Of a stretch of DNA of 64,000 bases, positions 9,307-18,146 are shown piece by piece; the first letter of the stretch is position 1, and each line of letters begins with the position of its first letter. A program made the translations under genes and the position numbers. The notes beneath the pieces were generated by a model. That model searched no databases. It was not told where the DNA came from and saw nothing but the letters and a program-made list of their open reading frames with translations. Origin of the DNA: Eubacteriales bacterium (GTDB lineage: Bacteria > Bacillota > Clostridia > Oscillospirales > CAG-382); contig JAQVPJ010000001.1 in NCBI GenBank assembly GCA_028702135.1, positions 94,334 through 158,333 of the forward strand, written 5' to 3'.

Positions 9307-10149
9307 ATGGATGATAAAATAGTTTGGTATCCCGGACATATGGCAAAAGCGAAGCGAAAGATGAAAGAGAGTCTTTCGCTTGTCGACATTGTGATTGAGC
9401 TTTTGGATGCAAGACTTCCGCAATCAAGCAGGAATCCCGATTTTGCCGATATTTTTTCGGGTAAACCCCGCCTCACGCTGTTGACAAAAAGCTCGCTTGC
9501 TGATGACAGCGCAACGGAATATTGGATAAGAACACTATCTGCGGACGGCAGCGCTGTTATTGCCATCGATTGCAAAACAAAAAAAAATATTAATAAAATC
9601 ATGCCTGCTATACGTGTTTTGTTAAAAGAAAAGCTTGAAAGATATGAGCAAAAGGGTATGAACAAGACGGTCAAGGCAATGGTTGTGGGTATTACAAATG
9701 TCGGAAAATCAACCTTTATTAACACCCTTTCGGGTAAAAGAACGGCAAAAGCCGAGGACCGTCCCGGCGTTACCCGCAAAAACCAGTGGATTCCAACCGA
9801 TTTCGGCATGGAATTTTTAGATACACCCGGAGTACTTTGGCATAAGTTCGAAGAAAAAGAAGTCGCAATCAAACTCGCCTGCACCGGTGCTATCAGAGAC
9901 GAAATTCTCGATACGCTTGGTCTTTCTTTAAGGCTGCTGGAAATGCTGTGTAAGAAATATCCGCATCTTTTAGCCGAGCGTTATAAGGTCGAACCGCTTG
10001 CGGATGAGAGTCCTTACGAGCTGTTTTTAAAAATCGGTGTGAAAAGAGGCTTTTTGATGTCCGGCGGTGTCGTTGATGAGGACAGATGTGCTTCCGTACT
10101 GCTCGACGAGTTCCGTGGCGGAAAAATAGGGAAGATAACATTAGACTGA
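9307..10149 (+). CDS. rbgA: ribosome biogenesis GTPase A (YlqF)
   Basis: WYPGHMAKA start, circularly permuted GTPase motifs (LLTKSSL, GITNVGKST, DTPG). Confidence 0.9.
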   Translation: MDDKIVWYPGHMAKAKRKMKESLSLVDIVIELLDARLPQSSRNPDFADIFSGKPRLTLLTKSSLADDSATEYWIRTLSADGSAVIAIDCKTKKNINKIMPAIRVLLKEKLERYEQKGMNKTVKAMVVGITNVGKSTFINTLSGKRTAKAEDRPGVTRKNQWIPTDFGMEFLDTPGVLWHKFEEKEVAIKLACTGAIRDEILDTLGLSLRLLEMLCKKYPHLLAERYKVEPLADESPYELFLKIGVKRGFLMSGGVVDEDRCASVLLDEFRGGKIGKITLD

Positions 10150-10248
10150 CGCTGGTTAGTTGACTTTCTATGATTATAAATATTTCTGTTACTTGGCTTA
10201 ATGTATCTCACTTTCGGTATTATCGAATATATGGAAAGGGGTATCTAT

Positions 10249-10884
10249 ATGCTAACATGGGAAATACAGAACGCTTTTTACAATGACAATGTAAAAGTAA
10301 TATGCGGATGTGACGAGGCAGGCAGAGGTCCTCTTGCCGGTCCCGTCTTCGCCGCGGCTGTTATATTGCCAAAAGGGCATGTCATCGAAGGGCTTTATGA
10401 CTCAAAAAAGCTCAGCAGGAAAGTTCGGGAGGCTCTCTTCGATTCAATAAGGCGTGAGGCGGTAGCATACGCCATAGCTCATGCCGAGGTTTATGAGATA
10501 GAAGCGATAAATATCCTTAACGCTTCGATGCTTGCGATGAGAAGAGCGGTGGAAATGCTCGATATCAAGCCCGACCTTGCTTTAATCGACGGCAATATAG
10601 CAAGAGATTTTCCTTTTCCGACTCAGCCCATTGTAAAAGGTGATGGAAAAATCCCCTCTATTGCGGCGGCATCAATACTCGCAAAGGTGGCAAGAGACAG
10701 GTTCTGCAGTGAGATGGACCGATTCTACCCGGGGTATAATTTCACTAAAAACAAAGGCTATGCAACGAAAGAACATAAAGAGGCAATACTAAGGTTAGGC
10801 CCGTGTCCGGTTCACCGCAGGAGCTTTCTGAAAAAAACACTTGGTGATAATTTTGAGCAGCGTGACTTTTGGCAAGGCTGGTGA
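10249..10884 (+). CDS. rnhB: ribonuclease HII
   Basis: CGCDEAGRGPLAGPV motif. Track ORF begins at 10201. The ATG at 10249 has AAGGGG 7 nt upstream. Confidence 0.9.
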   Translation: MLTWEIQNAFYNDNVKVICGCDEAGRGPLAGPVFAAAVILPKGHVIEGLYDSKKLSRKVREALFDSIRREAVAYAIAHAEVYEIEAINILNASMLAMRRAVEMLDIKPDLALIDGNIARDFPFPTQPIVKGDGKIPSIAAASILAKVARDRFCSEMDRFYPGYNFTKNKGYATKEHKEAILRLGPCPVHRRSFLKKTLGDNFEQRDFWQGW

Positions 10885-11260
10885 GAAAGCCGCCCGTAAG
10901 CGTTTGTTGCAAACGGGGTATAAAATTCTGACCGATAACTACATAGCCGGCGCGGGCGAGCTCGATATCGTAGCTTTCAAAAGAGGTGTTTTAATATTTG
11001 CCGAGGTAAAAACACGTTCCGGCGACAGGTACGGGACGCCTGCGGAAGCGGTTGGCGAAAAAAAGATAGCCTGCCTTCGCTCAGCCGCCTCCGCATTTAT
11101 CAGGGAGCAATGCAAAAACGGCAGGGTGAGGGTTTTTTATCCGTTCGGAATCAGCTTAAAAAGACGTTACAAACGGACAAGAAACGATATAATTGAGGTT
11201 TACGCCGATAGGAAAACATTGAGAATCAGTAAGATCAACCACATAAAAGATGCGTTTTAA
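10841..11260 (+). CDS. YraN-family (UPF0102) endonuclease-like protein
   Basis: Contains GEKAARKRLLQTGYKILTDNY...GELDIVAF...FAEVKTRS. It overlaps the rnhB 3' end, and the exact start is uncertain (ATG 10841 or GTG 10862). Confidence 0.8.
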   Translation: MVIILSSVTFGKAGEKAARKRLLQTGYKILTDNYIAGAGELDIVAFKRGVLIFAEVKTRSGDRYGTPAEAVGEKKIACLRSAASAFIREQCKNGRVRVFYPFGISLKRRYKRTRNDIIEVYADRKTLRISKINHIKDAF

Positions 11261-11274
11261 AGGAACTTTTCGTT

Positions 11275-12768
11275 ATGAACTATATCAGCACAAGAGGCGG
11301 AGTAAAAGGGAAAAAAACAAGTGCATATGTAATAAAGCAGGGGCTTGCAGATGACGGGGGACTTTATGTTCCGGAACAAATACCCGCACTCTCCGAGGTT
11401 GAAATGTGCGCACTTTCAAAAATGAATTATATACAAAAAGCGTCGTATATCCTCGGCTTGTTCCTTACGGATTACACCGAAGAGGAACTGAACTCCGCTG
11501 CGGCAGCCGCATACGGAAGCCGCAAATTTCCTTCTTTGCCGGTCGGACTCTCGCAGGTAAACGGCGACTTCATACTCGAGCTCTGGCACGGGCCTACAAG
11601 CGCATTTAAGGATATGGCACTGCAGATAATGCCGCACCTTTTGTCCCTTGCTCTAAAAAAGACCGGGGAGGATAAAAACGCTCTGATCCTTGTGGCAACC
11701 TCCGGCGACACCGGAAAAGCCGCTCTTGAAGGTTATGCCGATGCCGACAGAGTGAGCATACAGGTCTTTTATCCAATAGAAGGTGTCAGCGGCATCCAAA
11801 AAAAGCAAATGGCATGCCAGCGCGGTAAAAATGTGATGGTTACGGCGATAAAAGGGAACTTTGACGATGCTCAAAGCGGCGTTAAGGAAATTTTCGCAGA
11901 TAGGGACACCGAGGCTCTTCTAAGCGAAAAAGGTTTGTTCCTATCGAGTGCAAATTCGATTAATTGGGGCAGACTCGCTCCGCAAATCGTTTATTATATT
12001 TCAGCCTATTGCGAACTTATGAGGCTTAAAAGAATAAAATACGGTGATTTAGTCAACGTAACCGTGCCTACAGGTAATTTCGGAAATATACTTGCCTGCT
12101 ATATTGCAAAAAAAATGGGAGTTCCGATAGGAAAGATAATTTGTGCGTCCAACTCCAACAATGTTCTGACCGACTTCTTAAATACAGGCGTTTATGACAA
12201 GCGGCGCACCTTTTACACAACAATATCCCCGTCGATGGATATTCTAATATCGAGCAACCTTGAACGCCTTTTGTTTATGACTGCAGGTGCAAAACGCTGT
12301 TCTTCATATATGAAAAACCTGTCTGAGAAAGGCTTTTTTGAGGTTGATAATGATGTTATTGAGGTGATCCGCGCGGATATTTGCGGTTTTTACTGTGGTG
12401 AGGAAAACACAAAAAGCACGATAGCATCTTACTTCAATAAATATAACTACCTTCCCGACACGCATACCGCAGTAGCGCTTTTCTGCGCCGGGGAATATAA
12501 GAAAAAGAGCGGCGACGACTCCGTTATGCTCATCGCTTCTACCGCGTCGCCGTATAAGTTCGCACCTGCGGTGCTGACCTCTCTCGGAGCTGCGGGACAG
12601 GAGAACGATTTTGAAGCGATAAGAAAGCTGAACGAAATAAGCGGTATAAAAATACCCACACGTCTTGCCGCGCTTGAGAGTAAAAAGCCGCGTTTTAATA
12701 CGGTAATAGAAAAAAGCGACATGAAGCGCGAGGTACTTCGTTTCGCATCTGAACAAAGTAAGAGTTGA
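11275..12768 (+). CDS. thrC: threonine synthase (long form)
   Basis: 497 aa. Contains YISTRG, DGGLYVP, and the PLP lysine context FKD. Confidence 0.9.
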   Translation: MNYISTRGGVKGKKTSAYVIKQGLADDGGLYVPEQIPALSEVEMCALSKMNYIQKASYILGLFLTDYTEEELNSAAAAAYGSRKFPSLPVGLSQVNGDFILELWHGPTSAFKDMALQIMPHLLSLALKKTGEDKNALILVATSGDTGKAALEGYADADRVSIQVFYPIEGVSGIQKKQMACQRGKNVMVTAIKGNFDDAQSGVKEIFADRDTEALLSEKGLFLSSANSINWGRLAPQIVYYISAYCELMRLKRIKYGDLVNVTVPTGNFGNILACYIAKKMGVPIGKIICASNSNNVLTDFLNTGVYDKRRTFYTTISPSMDILISSNLERLLFMTAGAKRCSSYMKNLSEKGFFEVDNDVIEVIRADICGFYCGEENTKSTIASYFNKYNYLPDTHTAVALFCAGEYKKKSGDDSVMLIASTASPYKFAPAVLTSLGAAGQENDFEAIRKLNEISGIKIPTRLAALESKKPRFNTVIEKSDMKREVLRFASEQSKS

Positions 12769-12772
12769 TTAC

Positions 12773-12800
12773 AAAAGCGTGCCTTCAACGACACGCTTTT
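12773..12800. terminator. bidirectional hairpin terminator between thrC and the DUF1540 gene
   Basis: AAAAGCGTG-ccttcaacga-CACGCTTTT, with an A-run on one side and a T-run on the other. Confidence 0.65.
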
Positions 12801-12804
12801 GGCA

Positions 12805-12993
12805 TTATTGGTCTTCTTCCTTCATCTTGAATGTCGCGCAAAGAGTATCCTTGCATGCCGTCGCGGACGAGGGACCTACCGCGATTTTTCCCGCTAAGCA
12901 CAATGTGTTTCCGTCGTGATAATGGCAGTTTGACACAGAACAGCTTATGCCCTTTATCGGCTTCGGAACGTCGTCTATTTTTATCGGGTCCAT
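12805..12993 (-). CDS. DUF1540 domain protein (Cys/His-rich, sporulation-associated family)
   Basis: 62 aa. Contains ISCSVSNCHYHDGNTLC...ATACKDTLCATF. Confidence 0.7.
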   Translation of the reverse strand: MDPIKIDDVPKPIKGISCSVSNCHYHDGNTLCLAGKIAVGPSSATACKDTLCATFKMKEEDQ

Positions 12994-13112
12994 AATATTA
13001 TCCTTTCATATATTAAAAAGCTGATTTTCAGCTTTCGATATGTTTATTTTTGCAACTATGAGCTTTTTTATACCATTATTTTAAGTAACCGCTGTGAGGG
13101 GAGAGATGATAT

Positions 13113-13820
13113 ATTTCTGTTTTTGTAATCGGAGACCTTCACCTTTCGCATGGGAGTGACAAACCCATGGATGTTTTCGGCGATAAATGGAGTAACCACA
13201 CCGAGCGTATAAGGGAAAACTGGGTAGCAACCGTTAGCAACGACGACACGGTTGTAATCCCCGGTGATGTTTCATGGGGTATGAAAACCGATGATGCCGT
13301 ACAGGATTTTCTGTTTTTGGATTCGCTGCCGGGTAAGAAGATAATATCAAAGGGCAACCACGATTACTGGTGGCAGTCCATGAAAAAGCTGGGAGAATTT
13401 TTGCAAAAGCACAGTATAACAACAATCTCGTTTTTATACAATAACGCTTATGTATGCGAGGATTTCATAATTTGCGGAACAAGAGGATGGTTTGTCGAGA
13501 ACTCCTATTCTCCACAGGACGAAAAAATCGTCAACAGGGAGTCAGAAAGGCTAAGGCTCTCCCTCAATGAGGGAGTAAAACTACGGGAAGAAAACCCGCA
13601 CAAAGAAATAATCTGTTTTTTGCATTATCCTCCGGCTTACGGCGGAGTAGAGTGTAAAAAAATAACCGATATCCTTAAGGAATACAAAATAGACCGTTGT
13701 TTTTACGGGCACCTGCATACATCGACATACGATAGGCTTACGCCTGCGGTTGGTTCGACTAAACTTAAACTGATCTCTGCGGACAGCTTAAGCTTTGCAC
13801 CTTATAAAATAAGACCGTGA
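13113..13820 (+). CDS. metallophosphoesterase (calcineurin-like); start codon ambiguous
   Basis: Track ORF 13167..13820 contains GDVSWG and GNHDYWW. The same frame stays open upstream to 13110 and encodes the first metal-binding motif, VFVIGDLHLSHG. There is no in-frame ATG, GTG or TTG. An ATT at 13113 lies 7 nt after GGGGAGAG. Confidence 0.7.
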   Translation: MSVFVIGDLHLSHGSDKPMDVFGDKWSNHTERIRENWVATVSNDDTVVIPGDVSWGMKTDDAVQDFLFLDSLPGKKIISKGNHDYWWQSMKKLGEFLQKHSITTISFLYNNAYVCEDFIICGTRGWFVENSYSPQDEKIVNRESERLRLSLNEGVKLREENPHKEIICFLHYPPAYGGVECKKITDILKEYKIDRCFYGHLHTSTYDRLTPAVGSTKLKLISADSLSFAPYKIRP

Positions 13821-14214
13821 AAAAGACAGCAGACATTCACATAGTTCAATATGAACCTGGTACATGAACTCTAAAAGCAAATTTAATAAATACACTTGTC
13901 TCAGCGTTGGAAGTTTCACCGCAGGTACTGTCTGTTCCTGATATATATAGCTATAATTGCAAAATCTGCGTATTGATAGTATTGACGGGGAAGTATGCAT
14001 ACGTTTTGATAAGGGCAGAGGTACAAATTACATTACTATTTTCTATATGTTTTCTGCTCGGCAGAATGATGATTGAAGAGCTCAAAAATGGTGAGATTAG
14101 CAAAGAAGTATATGATCAATTGAGATATAACTACCCAAATATTTAGTCTGAGCACACAGGTGTACGACTTTATAAAATGCGAAATAAATCTCATAACATT
14201 CAGGAGGAAGAGTA

Positions 14215-14745
14215 ATGGGACTTTCATGGAGTGCAATGCGTAAATTATTAGAACAAGATTATATTTGTGATTCCCTTAAAGGCAGAATACAATATTTTGC
14301 CACCCAGTATAGAAAGTCACATGACCAAGAAGGTCGCGTGGCTGTGCGTTTAGATGGCAAGGAGATTCTTAAATCCTGCTTTTATGATTGGGATATAAAG
14401 CGTCACAAAGCATGGAACGAAATAGATATAGACAAGAGCAGGAAAACAAGTTATTCAGAATCAGCTGACCAGATGGAGCTTGAAGCATTAAATAAGGGTG
14501 GATTTGACCAATATAGTTTTTACAACGCTTTTCATGTCTACTTTAACAGCAGTATTGACAGCAGTTTAATATCTGCAGACCCGGTTGTCAGACTTTTTGC
14601 AATCATGGACAAACGCGTCGGGAAAAGACGATTGCATCAGTTGCTTGCCGACATGGACTCTCAACCTGAATGGCTGCAGATATTTTACAGACTGCGCTTA
14701 GAATCAGATGGAATTATTAAAATACATACAAAAAGAGCTAATTGA
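14215..14745 (+). CDS. conserved hypothetical cytoplasmic protein
   Basis: 176 aa, with RBS AGGAGGAAG upstream. I can assign no domain with confidence. Confidence 0.5.
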   Translation: MGLSWSAMRKLLEQDYICDSLKGRIQYFATQYRKSHDQEGRVAVRLDGKEILKSCFYDWDIKRHKAWNEIDIDKSRKTSYSESADQMELEALNKGGFDQYSFYNAFHVYFNSSIDSSLISADPVVRLFAIMDKRVGKRRLHQLLADMDSQPEWLQIFYRLRLESDGIIKIHTKRAN

Positions 14746-14976
14746 TTAGAAAAAAACAGTTAGCTCTTTATTATAAAGAATTCAAATGTTGACATAACGT
14801 TGCCTCAAGACACTTTTAAGCTTAAGACTCAGTGCTTGTATGGGTTTACAGCTTTTCATTTTTTATTCCCACTCGCCTGATAAGAATGTGTTTTAAACGA
14901 CTTTTTAAATTTGTTATACATATTCTATTGATTGTTTTGATTATCTGCAATTCCTCAATATGTGTAAGATTTTTTT

Positions 14977-15006
14977 CATGCTGTTATCAACCTTGATAAC
15001 AGCATG
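14977..15006. repeat. 30-bp perfect palindrome
   Basis: CATGCTGTTATCAAccTTGATAACAGCATG, with 14-bp arms, a T7 run on its 5' side and ATTATTG on its 3' side. Confidence 0.9.
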
Positions 15007-15097
15007 ATTATTGTTAATGGATAACAATTTGGGTTTTTTACCTGATAAGTATTATACATAAAATTACTTAATCCAAGACGAATACGGAAACAAATTT

Positions 15098-16084
15098 TTA
15101 TCTATTTGGTTGTCTTCTTTCTGGGTGTATTAACCAAAAAATCAAAGCTGTCACACATCCTGACGTTATGATTATCAATATGTTAATCGGAGCAACAATG
15201 ATTCCCGGTATACTTTCAAATAGGAATCCGGTGCCGAAACTATACAAATGCCCATGGAGAAGGATCATCTCACCAACATACATAAGGGTGGTCATTATTG
15301 CCGATACAATTGCCGAAATTCCTACTGTGACAAATTTACGCTTGCCGAGAAGGAAGGAACCGACATATATTCCAACCGTTACACCTAAAAGAATGAAAAA
15401 TATGGCCATAAGCGTAGCGGACAAGGGTGATACCTGAATGTTTCCGTCGCGCCAAAAAGCAGTGAAGCAAGCAAGAATGCACAATCCGAGGAAGACGAGA
15501 GATGATATCGATTGCAAAACGAGCGCTTTCAAACGCTTTTTATCACCGTTTCGTATCATCTGAGCAAATCCGTACAGACAGTTCAATACCGAAAGGATAA
15601 GGACAATAGAAATAATGTAGAAATGCAATTTAAAAGCAGGGTTATAGTTGCCCATTAATATATCAACTGGCGTTTGTGTCTTGTATGTAGTAACAGTTTT
15701 ACCCCATCCTTCGGGGGGAATATAACACATATACATTTGCCAATCTTCAAGTTTTGTAACCGTTTCCGCTGTTGTAACCACCACTTTTTTTTCAAACAGT
15801 GTTTCGAGAGCAAAGAAGGTACTGACGGCTAATGCCGATCCGCCGATTAATGCAAAACGCTTGAACAGTTTCATGCATAAGGGCAAGACTAATACGCCGA
15901 CAAGCAGCGCAACGGCAATCGGTGTATATGGGATGATGTACTTCGGGTAATTCTCTTTCATAACCGTACCGTCTGAAATCATATCCCAAACGACTCTCGT
16001 TCCCATATACAGCGGATAAAACGAAGCAATGAGGACGCCGTGGCATGTGAATAGATAATACCTGATAAAGCGCTTGTTTTTCAT
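15098..16084 (-). CDS. polytopic membrane protein of unknown function; last gene of the BlaI/BlaR1-like operon
   Basis: 328 aa, about 8 TM helices. It begins 12 nt after the M56 gene stop. Confidence 0.6.
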   Translation of the reverse strand: MKNKRFIRYYLFTCHGVLIASFYPLYMGTRVVWDMISDGTVMKENYPKYIIPYTPIAVALLVGVLVLPLCMKLFKRFALIGGSALAVSTFFALETLFEKKVVVTTAETVTKLEDWQMYMCYIPPEGWGKTVTTYKTQTPVDILMGNYNPAFKLHFYIISIVLILSVLNCLYGFAQMIRNGDKKRLKALVLQSISSLVFLGLCILACFTAFWRDGNIQVSPLSATLMAIFFILLGVTVGIYVGSFLLGKRKFVTVGISAIVSAIMTTLMYVGEMILLHGHLYSFGTGFLFESIPGIIVAPINILIIITSGCVTALIFWLIHPERRQPNR

Positions 16085-16096
16085 AACAGATTCCTT

Positions 16097-17020
16097 TCAT
16101 CCCGTATTTGTCAGTAGTACATAGAAGATTGTAGCAATCAATGTGAGAAACCCAAATAACGATAACCTTGTCATTTTTTTAAATGAGAGAATATTTTCAA
16201 CTCTAGTGCGGATTTTCGCTCCGCCGAACGACGATGCGAATATGCTCCGGCTGCTCGCGCTTTCGAGCAGTGTCCGTGCATAATCCTTTGCATTGTTTTT
16301 CCCGATTTTCAGAAGCACGCACTCATCGCAGGACAGCTCAATATCGGCAAGAAACGATTTAAGAAATATCCATGCTAATGGGTTGAACCAATGCACCGTG
16401 ACAATCAGAAACGCCATGATCCGCCACAGATTATCCGCTCGGTGGATGTGCATATTTTCGTGCATCAGGATAAATTCGACATCATCTCCGGCCATTCTCT
16501 CAGGCAAAATTATCTTTGGCTTAAATATTCCGTAGACTGCGGGCGATTGAATTTTATCTGAAAAATAAATGTTATCGTGAGATTTCCGTGCATCTTTCAG
16601 CTCGTGAAGCGTTGTAAAATACAGCACAGCAAGTGTTATAAGTATTGCCAAAAGCACCGTAATCCATATTGCAGAAGCAGTTTTGAAAACCTGTTCGAGG
16701 ATATTAACCTTATATGTAATTGGGAAATAACTTTTTGCCGCCGTAATGCTGTTCATCATTGAAAAGGCACTGTCGTCGGCGGGCTGATATACAACAACGG
16801 TTTTTGTAGTGATTTTTGACATCAGAGACATTAAGCTATAGGGACTGCTTAATCCAAACGGTATTATCATTCTGGAAAAAGGAATAATCCAAAATAATAC
16901 CGCGATTCTCCTGGGAATTTTCCGTATCATCCGTACCAGCATCACGATGGCTCCAGCAATTACAGCGGTTATGCTCATATTGAATATCCAGTAGAACACT
17001 TCATCCGGCATATCGTTCAC
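16097..17020 (-). CDS. M56-family (BlaR1/MecR1-like) membrane metalloprotease, short form without a sensor domain
   Basis: 307 aa. HEXXH as HENMH within LMHENMHIHRADNLWR, multiple TM helices. The start overlaps the blaI-like stop by 4 nt. Confidence 0.8.
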   Translation of the reverse strand: MNDMPDEVFYWIFNMSITAVIAGAIVMLVRMIRKIPRRIAVLFWIIPFSRMIIPFGLSSPYSLMSLMSKITTKTVVVYQPADDSAFSMMNSITAAKSYFPITYKVNILEQVFKTASAIWITVLLAILITLAVLYFTTLHELKDARKSHDNIYFSDKIQSPAVYGIFKPKIILPERMAGDDVEFILMHENMHIHRADNLWRIMAFLIVTVHWFNPLAWIFLKSFLADIELSCDECVLLKIGKNNAKDYARTLLESASSRSIFASSFGGAKIRTRVENILSFKKMTRLSLFGFLTLIATIFYVLLTNTG

Positions 17021-17373
17021 CTGCGTTCGATCAGCTTGCGTAGCTCGTCGATCTCACCATCAGACAATGACTCATCCTCAAGCAGAGCCGAAAACAGCGC
17101 TTTTCGCGATCCACCGAACATCTTTTTCAAAAGCGATTCCGCCTCGGTTTTACGGATTTCATCCTTCGAAACAAGCGCCGTGCAGATAAATCCGGGATCG
17201 TCTCGCCGGATAAATCCCTTTGCTTCAAGTTTTTTTAATACGGTATAGGTGGTATTCTTGTTCCATCCGATTGAATCCGCCGCAATCAGGCTGATCTCTT
17301 TTGCGGAGATCGGGCTGTTTTGCCAGATAATCTCCATTACCTTGATCTCGCTGTCAAAAATTTTTTCCTTCAC
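17017..17373 (-). CDS. BlaI/MecI/CopY-family transcriptional repressor
   Basis: 118 aa winged-helix protein: EIKVMEIIWQNSPISAKEI...TTYTVLKKLEAKGFI. GTG start with GGAGG 6 nt upstream. Confidence 0.85.
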   Translation of the reverse strand: MKEKIFDSEIKVMEIIWQNSPISAKEISLIAADSIGWNKNTTYTVLKKLEAKGFIRRDDPGFICTALVSKDEIRKTEAESLLKKMFGGSRKALFSALLEDESLSDGEIDELRKLIERR

Positions 17374-17405
17374 AAAAAACCTCCGCCGGACTATTACTGT
17401 AGTCT

Positions 17406-17434
17406 ATACTATCATAACAGTCTGTACTTGTCAA
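17406..17434 (-). promoter_or_regulatory. promoter of the blaI-like operon with overlapping TACAG/CTGTA-type repeats that may be an operator
   Basis: On the reverse strand: TTGACA (17434-17429), 17 nt, TAGTAT (17411-17406). The spacer and downstream region contain GTACAGACTGT and AGACTACAGTA. Confidence 0.5.
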
Positions 17435-17651
17435 TAGGTTTTAAAATAAAGAGGCGAGAAATATACTACGCTACTCTACTTTATGCATATATCTGTTCCG
17501 TATTGGCGATTTCTCTTCCCCGTTCAGCTATTGTCACAAACCGTTGTGGTTAAAATGTATGATAATGTTTACGGAACACGATTCTAAAAAAGGGCGACAA
17601 TATCTATGATGTGATGATAAGAGTAAACAGTAATTAAAGTTAATAAGTAAT

Positions 17652-17698
17652 TATAAACACTAAAGGACGGGTTTGATGACCATCCTTTAGTGTTTATA
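17652..17698. repeat. inverted repeat or hairpin, 16-bp perfect arms with a 15-nt loop
   Basis: TATAAACACTAAAGGA-cgggtttgatgacca-TCCTTTAGTGTTTATA. Confidence 0.9.
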
Positions 17699-17724
17699 CA
17701 AATAGATATGGAGGAGTTAAAGCA

Positions 17725-17830
17725 CTGTGTGAAAGTAATACGCATCTTCAACGGTATGTACGCCCGTGATCTATCCCGAAAGGTAAAAGCCGCTAAACGA
17801 CAGCTTGCTGAAAAAGCAGACTATGCCGAT
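17725..17830 (+). pseudogene. short fragment resembling the E-helix region of a large serine recombinase
   Basis: Part of track ORF 17690..18004. The segment IRIFNGMYARDLSRKVKAAKRQLAEKADY resembles the xxYARDxSxKxxxA motif of resolvase-type recombinases. No catalytic domain is present. Confidence 0.35.
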
Positions 17831-17871
17831 CAACAGCGAAGTAATGCAGGCAATCACCATTATTTGGCGGT

Positions 17872-18138
17872 TTATAGGATTTTGAGTAAAATATCAATAA
17901 TAAGAAAAACAGTTATAGCTATACTCAAAATATCAAAATGGAGATTGTTAATGCTCTTTGCTTTTTTGTCTTCTATTACTCCTGATTTAACCAGTGCAAT
18001 ATAACAGCCAAATAGTATTAACAGCGCAAAAAATATATTTAACCATGCAAAATCCTTAATAACAATCCATACTGCTGTTACTAAATATGTGATAATGAAT
18101 GTTAGTCTCACAACAGGATTCTTATTCAAAAAAATCAT
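17872..18138 (-). CDS. small 2-3 TM membrane protein, candidate immunity protein of the decayed toxin cassette
   Basis: 88 aa. RBS AGGTGA; the start lies 8 nt after the toxin-frame stop. Confidence 0.5.
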   Translation of the reverse strand: MIFLNKNPVVRLTFIITYLVTAVWIVIKDFAWLNIFFALLILFGCYIALVKSGVIEDKKAKSINNLHFDILSIAITVFLIIDILLKIL

Positions 18139-18146
18139 AAAATCAC

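Noticed and set aside
13907-14146. 79-aa ORF in the AT-rich gap before the 176-aa gene; only the last 26 aa (MMIEELKNGEISKEVYDQLRYNYPNI) look protein-like
   Set aside because: It has no convincing RBS or start and the first 50 aa are low-complexity. It may be a gene fragment, but the evidence is insufficient.
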